Assembly: GCA_947455195.1 (NCBI GenBank)
Contig: CANGMI010000005.1
Span: forward strand, 128,609-192,608
Length of the DNA stretch: 64,000 nt
Source of the DNA: Pseudomonadota bacterium
GTDB taxonomy: Bacteria > Pseudomonadota > Gammaproteobacteria > Burkholderiales > SG8-39
Direction of reading: 5' to 3'
The position numbers and the translations under genes were made by a program. The notes beneath the pieces are model-generated. The model had not been told where the DNA came from, searched no databases, and saw only the letters and a list, made by a program, of their open reading frames with translations. This document shows, piece after piece, positions 53,685-62,296 of this stretch. Every line of letters begins with the position of its first letter. Position 1 is the stretch's first letter.

Positions 53685-54977
53685 GTGAGCATCGCGCTCG
53701 TTGCCATGTGCATCATGATCGTCGTGGGTGCGCTCCTGCGCCTGTCGATCGTTCTCATGATGTTCACCAGTGGCCTTGTCTACCTCTTCATCAAGGGTCA
53801 GGACCTCGGCCTGCTGGTTGACCAGACGCTGAACTCGATGTTCAGTCTCTACGTGCTGCTGGCGGTACCGATGTTCATCCTTGCCGGCAACGTCATGAAC
53901 GCGGCCACCATCAGCGAACGCATCTGGAGTGCGGCCGACGTACTGGTGGGACGCTTCCGGGGCGGCATGGGCCATGTCACGGTGCTCATGAATGTGGTCA
54001 TGTCGAGCATGAGTGGCAGTGCGGTGAGTGATGCCGCGGGTCCCGGCATGGTGTCGATCTCGATGATGCAGAAGGTGGGAGGCTATCCGCGCGGTCTTGC
54101 GGTTGCCATTGCCGCAGCCGCTTCATGTCTCGGGCCCATCATTCCGCCGTCGATTCCGATGGTGATCTACGCGCTCATCAGCACGGCATCGCTCGGCGCC
54201 CTGTTTCTGGCGGGCATCGTGCCAGGGCTCCTGATGGCGGCGAGCCTCATGGTCTGGATTGCCCTGATTGCCCGAAAGCGCAATCTCAGTTTCGGCAAAC
54301 GCGTTTCGCTGGTCGAGGTGCCAGGGGTTCTCCTGCGCTCGGCCCTGCCACTGACGCTGCCGGTGCTCCTTCTCGGTGGCATCTGGTCGGGTATCTTCAG
54401 TCCGACCGAGTCGGCCGCCATGGCTGGCCTGTGGGCCGTGCTGATCGGTGCGTTTGTCTACCGCAATCTCGGCCTGAAGACGCTCGCCACGATCTTTGCC
54501 GTTTCGGCACGGCAATCGGCCGTCGTGATGATGCTCATCGCGAGTTCATTCATCATCAACTACGCGATCACCTCCGAGCAGGTCGCGAGTCATCTCGCGG
54601 CAGGCATCACCAGCCTGAACCTCTCTCCCATCGGGTTCATGCTTCTCGTGAATGTCATGTTTCTGGTGCTGGGCACGGTGCTCGATGGTGCGGTCATGCT
54701 GCTTGTCTTCGTGCCGGTGCTGCTGCCCTCGGTGAACGCGCTCGGCATCGATCTCGTCCAGTTCGGGGTCGTGGTCATCCTGAACTTCATGATCGCGATG
54801 ATCACGCCGCCGTACGGACTCATTCTCTTCGTGCTGGGGTCTCTCACCGGCGTGCCGATGAAGGATATCAATCGCGAGATCTGGCAGTTCTGCATTCCGC
54901 TCACGGCGGTGATGTTCCTGCTGATCTTCTTTCCCTCGATCACGCTCTGGTTGCCGCACGTACTCGGGTACAAGTGA
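53685..54977 (+). CDS. dctM: TRAP transporter large permease (DctM family)
   Basis: 430 aa polytopic protein with SSMSGSAVSDAAG.G and IPPSIPMVIYA motifs. GTG start. Confidence 0.9.
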   Translation: MSIALVAMCIMIVVGALLRLSIVLMMFTSGLVYLFIKGQDLGLLVDQTLNSMFSLYVLLAVPMFILAGNVMNAATISERIWSAADVLVGRFRGGMGHVTVLMNVVMSSMSGSAVSDAAGPGMVSISMMQKVGGYPRGLAVAIAAAASCLGPIIPPSIPMVIYALISTASLGALFLAGIVPGLLMAASLMVWIALIARKRNLSFGKRVSLVEVPGVLLRSALPLTLPVLLLGGIWSGIFSPTESAAMAGLWAVLIGAFVYRNLGLKTLATIFAVSARQSAVVMMLIASSFIINYAITSEQVASHLAAGITSLNLSPIGFMLLVNVMFLVLGTVLDGAVMLLVFVPVLLPSVNALGIDLVQFGVVVILNFMIAMITPPYGLILFVLGSLTGVPMKDINREIWQFCIPLTAVMFLLIFFPSITLWLPHVLGYK

Positions 54978-54992
54978 GGCGGGCGGTTTGTG

Positions 54993-55841
54993 TCAATCGC
55001 CTGTCCCGGCAGGCGGTTCCGGATCGGGCCCATCCAGCGAATAGCCGAACCGTTCGGCCGCAGGTCCGAACCGGTCGGTAGCCTGGCGCACTTCGGCGGG
55101 TGTCAGCACGTCGCGGTAGCCCCCTGATCGCCCGCTGTTCACGAAACGCCGGGGAGAGTAAGCCGGTGCGATGGTGTTCATCGGGCCTCTGAAGATGAAC
55201 GCCTGCGGTGGTCCCTGACGCGTTGCAGTCTCGATGCGCCGCATCTCGTCGAACGCACAGTCTCGAGCGGCTGCCGCGATCTGCTCGGCAGATGCGTCGA
55301 TCTCCAGGAAGCGAGCGATCCGGGCCGCCCCTTGTTCGGGCAATTGCAGCAGGCGTTCGTAGCGCAACAGGAGCCTTGGCCCGTTGAAGTGATCAAGCCA
55401 GCCCGCAAGATTCTTCTCCCACGTGCCCCAGCCAAACGAGCTGAAGGCAGGGTCGCCACCATGCTCGATGTAGGCCGCGACGTAGGTGCGCCTCAGGTGC
55501 TCGGCCTGTTGCGTGGAGAGCGCGCCTGCCCGAGCTTCCTGCCCCATCAGGTAGTAGTTGACGTTGGAGGCGAGAACGTCGAGCGGATGCCTGATGATCA
55601 CCAGGGCACCGGCCGTGGTAGCCGACGGAGGGAGCGCAGGTGGTTTCTGCGCGTGCGTCTTCACCCGGATGAGTGTGTCGCTTTCGAGGTCGTGCCTGCT
55701 CAGGCCAAGATACATGTCGGGCACTCGAGCCTGCAGATCCTGGAGATCGCCAAGGCGTCCCCCCAGCAGGTGATGAACGATGAACCGGACCCAGGTATTG
55801 CCCGACTTGGGATAGGAAGCGATCCACGCGATACGCGCCAT
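54993..55841 (-). CDS. Sulfotransferase-domain protein (PAPS-dependent type)
   Basis: N-terminal IASYPKSGNTWVRFIV is the 5'-PSB loop (PKSGTTW-like), and the later IIRHPLDVLAS is 3'-PB-like. The start was moved to the ATG at 55841 because the long upstream ORF extension is Arg/Pro-rich junk. Confidence 0.8.
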   Translation of the reverse strand: MARIAWIASYPKSGNTWVRFIVHHLLGGRLGDLQDLQARVPDMYLGLSRHDLESDTLIRVKTHAQKPPALPPSATTAGALVIIRHPLDVLASNVNYYLMGQEARAGALSTQQAEHLRRTYVAAYIEHGGDPAFSSFGWGTWEKNLAGWLDHFNGPRLLLRYERLLQLPEQGAARIARFLEIDASAEQIAAAARDCAFDEMRRIETATRQGPPQAFIFRGPMNTIAPAYSPRRFVNSGRSGGYRDVLTPAEVRQATDRFGPAAERFGYSLDGPDPEPPAGTGD

Positions 55842-56001
55842 GATGCGGTACACCCCCCAGACGCACACATTGCACAGGTGACCCGTGATCATGCGCTGGC
55901 GCAGCCCCTGTGTCGATAGGGGGGCGTGCAGGCACCGCCGACATCGTGCATCCTGTCTGTCCACGAAACCGTTCGGGTTTCGACGTTCAGGATGAGTCAG
56001 G

Positions 56002-58338
56002 ATGAGACACGGGGCAACCTTGGTCGAGGAAGCAGGGACAGCGGGCGAAGCGCGCTTTCCCTCGCTTGCACATTGGGGGGCGTTCACAGCGGTGGTGCGC
56101 GGCGGGCGCGTGGTCGGCTGCGAACCGTTTGCGTTCGATCCGCAGCCCTCGCCGCTCTTGCGCACCATGGCCGACATGGTGCATTCGCCCCTGCGCATCG
56201 CGCGGCCCGCCGTGCGCGAAGGCTGGTTGCGACACCGCGATCGCAACCGCGGTGCGAATGCCCGCTTCGTGGAGGTTGATTGGGATACGGCTCTCGACCT
56301 CGTGGCCGGTGAAGTGTCGCGCGTGCGTGCCGAACACGGGGCAGGCGGCATCCTCGGGGGGTCTTACGGCTGGTCGTCGGCCGGGCGCTACCACCATGCC
56401 CGGACCCAGGTGCGGCGCTTTCTCTTTACCGGTGGCGGTTGTGTCGATCAACTGTCCAATTACAGCTGGGGCGCTGCGCACTTCCTGCTGCCGCATGTCA
56501 TCGGTTCGCACATGCCTGTCACCGGACGGGTGACGCAGTGGTCGAGTATCATCAGCCACACACGGACGCTCATCGCCTTCGGGGGACTGCCTCTCAAGAA
56601 CTCCCAGATCACCGCAGGGGGCGCGGGTGATCATTCGATGCCAGGGTGGCTGCGCGCGGCTGCCCAAGCCGGCATTGACGTGGTGGCAGTCAGTCCCGAT
56701 CGGCGCGACGCACCGGCCATCGCTCGTTCGCGCTGGCTGCCGGTGAGGCCCAATGCAGACACCGCCATGATGCTCGGCATGGCCCATACGCTCGTGACCG
56801 AAGGTCTGCACGATCGAGCGTTTCTTGCACGATATTGCACCGGCTACGAACGATTCGAAACGTACCTGCTCGGACAATCCGATGGCACACCCAGGAGTGC
56901 TGCCTGGGCGGCACCCCTGTGCGGCATCGATGCCGACACGCTCCGGGCGCTCGCACGCCAGGCGGCGGCCGGGCGTACCCTCATCACCTGTGCCTGGTCG
57001 CTGCAGCGGGCCGAACATGGCGAGCAGCCTTTCTGGATGGCCATCACGCTCGCGGCGATGCTGGGCCAGATCGGACTGCCAGGTGGTGGTATTGCCTTTG
57101 CGCATGCCTCGATGAACGGTGCGGGTTATCCGCGCATCGAGGGTCTGCCCACACCGGAAATGACAACCGGACGCAACCCTGCGGGTCTTTCCATTCCGGT
57201 GGCCCGCCTCGCCGACATGCTGGCGCATCCGGGGGCGGCGTACGACTTCAATGGCGAGCAGCGCGTCTACCCCGATGTCCGCCTCGTCTACTGGGCCGGG
57301 GGCAATCCCTTTCATCATCATCAGGACCTGAATCGGCTTGCGACGCTCTGGCAGCGGCCGGAGACCGTCATCGTGCACGAGCCCTGGTGGACGCCTGCCG
57401 CCCGTCACGCTGATATCGTCTTGCCGGCAACCACGACCTTCGAGCGCAATGACATCGGTGGTTCGTCTCGTGACCGCTTCCTCTTCGCGATGCACCAGGC
57501 CGTGGCGCCGGTGGCCAGTGCCCGCAACGATGTCGATATCTTTGGTGACCTCGCAGCGCGTCTGGGCCATGAGTCGGCATTTCGCGAGGGGCGCGACGAA
57601 TCGGCCTGGTTGCGGCATCTGTACGAAGGGACGCGGCGTGGTGCCGCCGCCGTTGGTGTCGACCTGCCCGAGTTCGATGCCTTCTGGAAGCAAGGCCATG
57701 TGGCGTTGCCGCTGCCTGAGCGGGAGTTCGTCCTCTTCGAGGACTTCCGGCGTGACCCTGAAGCGCATCCACTCGCGACACCCTCGGGGCGCATCGAGAT
57801 TACCTCCGAGGCGGTTGGTCAGTTCGGCTATGCCGATTGCCCGTCGCATCCAACCTGGATACCCCCGGTGGAATGGCTGGGTGCCGCGCAGGTCGCGCGT
57901 CACCCGCTGCACATGGTCAGTTCCCAGCCCGCCGACAAACTGCACAGCCAGTATGACGCGGGCCCGGTGTCGCGCGGCACCAAGCTGGCCGGACGTGCCC
58001 GATTGCGCATGCATCCGGCCGATGCAGCAAGGCGCATGCTCGGTACGGGCGATCTTGTGCGGGTGTTCAACGATCGGGGCGCGACGATTGCCGCAGTCGT
58101 GCCCGATGAGGCCGTGCGCGAAGGGGTGGTCATCCTGCCGACAGGCGCCTGGTTCGATCCGGCCGGTGATGGCGTGCTCGAGCGCCATGGCAACCCCAAC
58201 GTGCTGACCCGTGATGTGGGAACCTCGCGACTCGGGCAGGGTTCGAGTGCCATGTCCGCGCTTGTCGAGGTGGAGCGCTGGGTGGGCGAGGTGCCTGGCG
58301 TGGGCGTGTTCGACATGCCACCCGTTGTCGCTGCCTGA
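56002..58338 (+). CDS. Molybdopterin-dependent S-/N-oxide reductase (BisC/TorZ-like, cytoplasmic, no Tat signal)
   Basis: SLAHWGAFTAVVRGGRVVGCEPFAFDPQPSPLLRTMADMVHSPLRIARPAVREGWL is the BisC-type N-terminus. 778 aa with a C-terminal molydop-binding barrel pattern (VRVFNDRGA ... VVILPTGAW). Confidence 0.85.
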   Translation: MRHGATLVEEAGTAGEARFPSLAHWGAFTAVVRGGRVVGCEPFAFDPQPSPLLRTMADMVHSPLRIARPAVREGWLRHRDRNRGANARFVEVDWDTALDLVAGEVSRVRAEHGAGGILGGSYGWSSAGRYHHARTQVRRFLFTGGGCVDQLSNYSWGAAHFLLPHVIGSHMPVTGRVTQWSSIISHTRTLIAFGGLPLKNSQITAGGAGDHSMPGWLRAAAQAGIDVVAVSPDRRDAPAIARSRWLPVRPNADTAMMLGMAHTLVTEGLHDRAFLARYCTGYERFETYLLGQSDGTPRSAAWAAPLCGIDADTLRALARQAAAGRTLITCAWSLQRAEHGEQPFWMAITLAAMLGQIGLPGGGIAFAHASMNGAGYPRIEGLPTPEMTTGRNPAGLSIPVARLADMLAHPGAAYDFNGEQRVYPDVRLVYWAGGNPFHHHQDLNRLATLWQRPETVIVHEPWWTPAARHADIVLPATTTFERNDIGGSSRDRFLFAMHQAVAPVASARNDVDIFGDLAARLGHESAFREGRDESAWLRHLYEGTRRGAAAVGVDLPEFDAFWKQGHVALPLPEREFVLFEDFRRDPEAHPLATPSGRIEITSEAVGQFGYADCPSHPTWIPPVEWLGAAQVARHPLHMVSSQPADKLHSQYDAGPVSRGTKLAGRARLRMHPADAARRMLGTGDLVRVFNDRGATIAAVVPDEAVREGVVILPTGAWFDPAGDGVLERHGNPNVLTRDVGTSRLGQGSSAMSALVEVERWVGEVPGVGVFDMPPVVAA

Positions 58339-58431
58339 GCGCGATGCGGCACGGGCGCCTCCGTCTCGAGCAGGGGCTTGCTCCGGCTTATACTCACACG
58401 GCACCAACCATTGGCTGGATGGCAGGCAATC

Positions 58432-59154
58432 ATGGTCGCGGTCAGTTTTGAAAAGTATCTTGGACTGCTCGATGATGGGCTGGGCTCTTCTGCGGTATCG
58501 CATTACCGAAAGCCGGCTCGATGTCATCTGTCGGCACTGTGCGATCGCTATGGGTCGGACAAGGGGTCTCTGACCGAGAGCGGACATCCCTACCCCTGGC
58601 CTGCCCACAATTACGTCGATTACTACGCGAGTCTCTTCGGGCATTGCCGCCAGTACATCCGTCGCGTCTTCGAATGTGGTCTGGGAACGAATCAGCCCGG
58701 ATTGCCGTCGACCATGGGCAGGGCGGGCAGGCCCGGTGCGAGCCTGCGAGTCTGGCGCGACTACTTTCCGTCCGCTCAGGTATTCGGTGTGGATATCGAC
58801 CGGAGCATCCTCTTTTCCGAAGAGCGCATTCAGACCGCGTGGGTCGATCAGACCGATGTCACCAGTGTCTCCAGTCTCTGGCAGTCGAATGCCCTCGATG
58901 ATTTCGATCTCATGGTCGATGATGGTCTTCACACCTATGAGGCGGGTGTCACGCTTTTTGAAGGGTCTGTTCACCGCCTGGCTGACGAGGGCGTCTACAT
59001 CATCGAGGATGTGAGTCTTGCCTCTCTTCTGAAGTTCAAGCGGTACTTCGAGGGCACCGACTATCGGGTCGAGTACGTGCGACTGCTCTGTCCGCAGCGT
59101 CCGCCGACCTCGGACAACAGTCTTGTGGTCATCCGGAATCCCGATCGCTACTGA
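58432..59154 (+). CDS. Class I SAM-dependent methyltransferase-like protein
   Basis: YGSDKGS....H.Y...Y...F ....+R+FE.G.G........GASLRVWRDYFP.AQVFGVDID ... DLMVDDGLH is a pattern I associate with a family of small-molecule/glycan methyltransferases. The gene is visibly AT-richer than its flanks. Confidence 0.65.
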   Translation: MVAVSFEKYLGLLDDGLGSSAVSHYRKPARCHLSALCDRYGSDKGSLTESGHPYPWPAHNYVDYYASLFGHCRQYIRRVFECGLGTNQPGLPSTMGRAGRPGASLRVWRDYFPSAQVFGVDIDRSILFSEERIQTAWVDQTDVTSVSSLWQSNALDDFDLMVDDGLHTYEAGVTLFEGSVHRLADEGVYIIEDVSLASLLKFKRYFEGTDYRVEYVRLLCPQRPPTSDNSLVVIRNPDRY

Positions 59155-59224
59155 CGAGGGGATGTCGCGGTCCCATCCGCCAGGCGGTGGATCAGCCGCA
59201 GCGCCACTGACGCGCCGGAGGATC

Positions 59225-59659
59225 TCAGGGCTGTCTCGCGCGCGACCCGATGGCGTGGAGGGCCATGCCGCATAGCATGGCCACGACAAAGAGCAGCGCC
59301 TTTGGCTCGCCCGATGCCATCGTCACCAGGGCGGGGCCGGGACAGAATCCTGCCAACCCCCAGCCTGCCCCGAAAAGCAGTGCGCCGACCACAAGGGGCC
59401 GGTCGACGTCCCCACGAGTCGGGAGGTGGAGTGCGCCCCCTAGAAAGTTGCGGGTGCGCCGGCGCGCCAGTGCAAAGGCGGCGATGCCGACTGCAACTGC
59501 GCCACCCATCACCAAGGCGAGCGAGGGATCCCACGGGCCTGCAAGGTCAAGAAATCCGAGCACCTTGCCCGGGTCGGTCATGCCCGATAGCATGAGGCCC
59601 CAGCCGAAGATCAGCCCGGCCGCACATTCACTCGATCGCAGGAGGGTGGTTCGCGTCAT
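59225..59659 (-). CDS. YeeE/YedE-family (DUF6691-type) sulfur-transport membrane protein, small half
   Basis: GLIFGWGLMLSGMTDPGKVLGFLD and FGAGWGLAGFCPGPA motifs, with 4 TM. Confidence 0.85.
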   Translation of the reverse strand: MTRTTLLRSSECAAGLIFGWGLMLSGMTDPGKVLGFLDLAGPWDPSLALVMGGAVAVGIAAFALARRRTRNFLGGALHLPTRGDVDRPLVVGALLFGAGWGLAGFCPGPALVTMASGEPKALLFVVAMLCGMALHAIGSRARQP

Positions 59660-59681
59660 GGTGATGGCTCCAGTACCCGGT

Positions 59682-60119
59682 TCAGATGATGTGGCGGATG
59701 ACGAAGACGGTGGCGAAGCCCGCCCCCATGAAGCTGGCTGTGGCGATCAGGGACCGTGGCGACAGGCGCGACAGTCCGCAGATGCCGTGTCCGCTGGTGC
59801 AACCCGAACCGAGCTGCGTGCCGTAGCCCACCAGAAGGCCGGCTGCAATGATGGCGACGAGCCCGGCATCGATGCGGGGCGCTTCGAGCAGCGCACCCGG
59901 CGCCAGTAGCCGGAAGGTCAAAGGGGCTGCACACAGGCCGATCAGGAATGCGATGCGCCAGCCGGTGTCGCCTCGTCGCAGGGGCAACAGGGCGCCCACG
60001 ATGCCGCTGATGCCCAGGATACGGCCGTTCACCAGGATGAAAAGCGCAGTGGCAAGGCCGAGCAGGATTCCACCGGACAGCGATGCCCAGGGGGTGAAGT
60101 GGTTCCAGTCGACAGTCAT
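59682..60119 (-). CDS. YeeE/YedE-family sulfur-transport membrane protein, small half
   Basis: ILVNGRILGISG and GYGTQLGSGCTSGHGICGLSRLS (conserved Cys motif). The start was moved to the ATG at 60119. Confidence 0.85.
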   Translation of the reverse strand: MTVDWNHFTPWASLSGGILLGLATALFILVNGRILGISGIVGALLPLRRGDTGWRIAFLIGLCAAPLTFRLLAPGALLEAPRIDAGLVAIIAAGLLVGYGTQLGSGCTSGHGICGLSRLSPRSLIATASFMGAGFATVFVIRHII

Positions 60120-60223
60120 GATTCGATGCTCCCATTGACGCAAGGTGGGCCCGTGCTGGACAGATCGGGCCTGCAGGTCAATATACTGGGGTTCGTTCCA
60201 ACCGACCATGGAGCACGATTGAC

Positions 60224-61108
60224 ATGACGCATCCGGATCCCGCCCTGACTTCGCCCATGGTCCATGGCATCTTTGATCCGGGTACCAGTACCATCACCCA
60301 TGTCGTGCATGGTGGTCCGGGCACGCCCTGCGCCATCATCGATTCGGTGCTCGATTACGATCCGAAGTCGGGGCGTACGGCCACCGTCGCGGCCGACCGG
60401 GTCGTCGATTACGTTCGTGCCAACGATCTGCGCACGGCCTGGATTCTCGAGACGCATGCCCATGCCGACCATCTCAGCGCTGCGCCCTATCTCAAGCGGC
60501 AGTTGGGCGGGCGCATTGCCATCGGCGACCAGATCACGAGGGTGCAGAAGGTCTTCAAGGGTATCTTCAATCTCGAACCCGAGTTCCGCCCTGATGGATT
60601 GCAGTTCGATACGCTGTTCGCTGACGGTGCATCGCTCGCGCTCGGGTCGCTTGTCGGAGAGGTGATGGCCGTGCCCGGGCATACGCCAGCTTGCGTGGCC
60701 TACCGTTTCGGCGACGCGGTGTTCGTGGGCGACACCCTTTTCATGCCCGATGTGGGCACGGCCCGTTGCGATTTTCCGGGTGGCGATGCAAGGACCCTGT
60801 ACGCGTCCATCCGCCGGTTGTTGACTCTGCCGCCCCAGACCCGACTCTTCATGTGCCATGACTATCCGCCCCCGACTCGTGGCGTCGTTTTCGAGACCAC
60901 GGTTGCCGAGCAGCGTGCGCGCAACATCCATGTGCACGACGGGGTCAGTCCCGAGGCGTTCGTGCAGATGCGCACCCGGCGCGACGCCACGCTCGAGATG
61001 CCGGTGCTCATCCTGCCGGCGGTGCAGGTCAACATTCGGGCCGGTGCCTTGCCGCCCCCGGAAGCGAATGGAACGTCCTATCTCAAGATTCCCCTCAACG
61101 CGCTCTGA
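60224..61108 (+). CDS. MBL-fold metallo-hydrolase (persulfide-dioxygenase-like)
   Basis: THAHADHLSAAPYLK, PGHTPACVAYRFGDAVFVGDTLFMPDVGTARCDFPGGDA and LFMCHDY. The genomic context is YeeE/YedE and DUF2892. Confidence 0.85.
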   Translation: MTHPDPALTSPMVHGIFDPGTSTITHVVHGGPGTPCAIIDSVLDYDPKSGRTATVAADRVVDYVRANDLRTAWILETHAHADHLSAAPYLKRQLGGRIAIGDQITRVQKVFKGIFNLEPEFRPDGLQFDTLFADGASLALGSLVGEVMAVPGHTPACVAYRFGDAVFVGDTLFMPDVGTARCDFPGGDARTLYASIRRLLTLPPQTRLFMCHDYPPPTRGVVFETTVAEQRARNIHVHDGVSPEAFVQMRTRRDATLEMPVLILPAVQVNIRAGALPPPEANGTSYLKIPLNAL

Positions 61109-61128
61109 AGGCGCACAAGGAGCAGTCA

Positions 61129-61323
61129 ATGAAAAAGAACGTGGGTGGTATCGACCGGGGCCTGCGGATCGTGGCTGGCCTTGTGCTGATCGGACTTGCC
61201 GCGACCGGGCTGGTGGGCCCCTGGGGCTGGTTGGGCCTTGTCGTGCTCGCAACCGGCCTGTTCAGTTTCTGCGGCGCATACGCGCTGCTCGGCCTCAATA
61301 CCTGCCCGGCGAGGTCCGAGTAG
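61129..61323 (+). CDS. DUF2892 domain-containing membrane protein (YgaP-like)
   Basis: NVGGIDRGLRIVAGLVLIGLA ... FCGAYALLGLNTC is the DUF2892 pattern. Confidence 0.85.
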   Translation: MKKNVGGIDRGLRIVAGLVLIGLAATGLVGPWGWLGLVVLATGLFSFCGAYALLGLNTCPARSE

Positions 61324-61340
61324 GGCTAGCCCTACTCGGA
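61315..61340. terminator. Perfect 26-nt palindrome between convergent genes (bidirectional terminator candidate)
   Basis: TCCGAGTAGGGCT/AGCCCTACTCGGA was read directly. It overlaps the DUF2892 stop codon and ends 8 nt before the stop of the convergent MBL gene. There is no U-tract. Confidence 0.5.
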
Positions 61341-61347
61341 CCCGGCC

Positions 61348-62295
61348 TCAGAACATCTGCCAGGGCAGGGCGTCAAAGAGGTACGAGCCGCCATCGCGTC
61401 TGACGCGCCCCAGGCCCGGGAAGGGTGCGTGCGGGATCGCGAGTATCCAGTTCTCCGCGACTGCCGTGTCGAGCAGTCGGCGCCGGACCTGTCGCGCGAT
61501 ATCCGGGTCGCTGTCGTAGCGTACCGTGATCTCGGGACGTGAGAACTGCACGGGGGCCACGTGCAGGATGTCGCCGGTCGCGAGCACGCGGGTCCCGCCA
61601 GATTCGATCAGGTAACTGGTGTGTCCGGGTGTGTGGCCGCTTGTGTCCAGGGCCTTGATGCCGGGCACCACGATCGAGCCCGGATCGATCGCGCGCAGGC
61701 GCGATCCGTAGACCATTGCAGCTCGTCGGGAGGCGACGAAACGCACCTTGCGTTCGGCGGCCTGATTCATGTTGGCTTCGCTGGTCCAGTAATCGATGTC
61801 AGCCTGTCCGGCGCGAATCAGGGCATTGGGGAAACGGGCCTTGCCATCGGGCGAGACAACCCCGCCGATGTGATCGCCGTGCAGGTGCGTGATGAGAACC
61901 TGGTCGATATCGGCCGGATTCACGCCGGCTGCGGCAAGGCTCTGATCGAGGTGGCCCATGCTGGGCAGCATGAGGTCCCCGGCGCCCGCATCGATCAGGA
62001 TGAGCGAGTCGCCGGTATTGGCCAGAAAGCAGTTCACCGACAGCTGAAGCGGCCAGCGGGTCAGGTGCGCCGCTTCGGCCAGACGGTTCATGGTCTCGAT
62101 GTCACCCACGAGAATCGACCGGTCGATGAGCGTGAATCCATCGCTCAGGCTCGTGAGTTCGAAGTCCCCGACGCGCATCCGGTGTACGCCGGGCACCTGG
62201 CGGTTGACTTTCGGGGCGCGGGCAGAGGCGGGGAGACTGCTGACGCCGAGTGTGGCTGCAGCCCCTGCGACAAGACGTCGTCGGGTGATGTTCAT
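61348..62295 (-). CDS. Tat-exported MBL-fold metallo-hydrolase
   Basis: MNITRRRLVAGAAATLGVSSLPASARA leader and HLHGDHIGG zinc motif. The ATG at 62295 lies 1 nt after the upstream stop. Confidence 0.85.
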   Translation of the reverse strand: MNITRRRLVAGAAATLGVSSLPASARAPKVNRQVPGVHRMRVGDFELTSLSDGFTLIDRSILVGDIETMNRLAEAAHLTRWPLQLSVNCFLANTGDSLILIDAGAGDLMLPSMGHLDQSLAAAGVNPADIDQVLITHLHGDHIGGVVSPDGKARFPNALIRAGQADIDYWTSEANMNQAAERKVRFVASRRAAMVYGSRLRAIDPGSIVVPGIKALDTSGHTPGHTSYLIESGGTRVLATGDILHVAPVQFSRPEITVRYDSDPDIARQVRRRLLDTAVAENWILAIPHAPFPGLGRVRRDGGSYLFDALPWQMF

Positions 62296-62296
62296 C

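Noticed and set aside
55842-56001. Possible Moco riboswitch or other leader RNA upstream of the BisC-like molybdoenzyme
   Set aside because: I found no conserved Moco-motif-like helices or loops on reading the 160-nt intergenic region. An Infernal scan would be the proper test.
55987-59289. 1100-aa ORF on the minus strand spanning the BisC-like and methyltransferase genes
   Set aside because: It is antisense to two genes with clear family motifs. The product is Arg/Gly/Pro/His-rich with no recognisable domain. Long stop-free antisense frames are expected in DNA this GC-rich.
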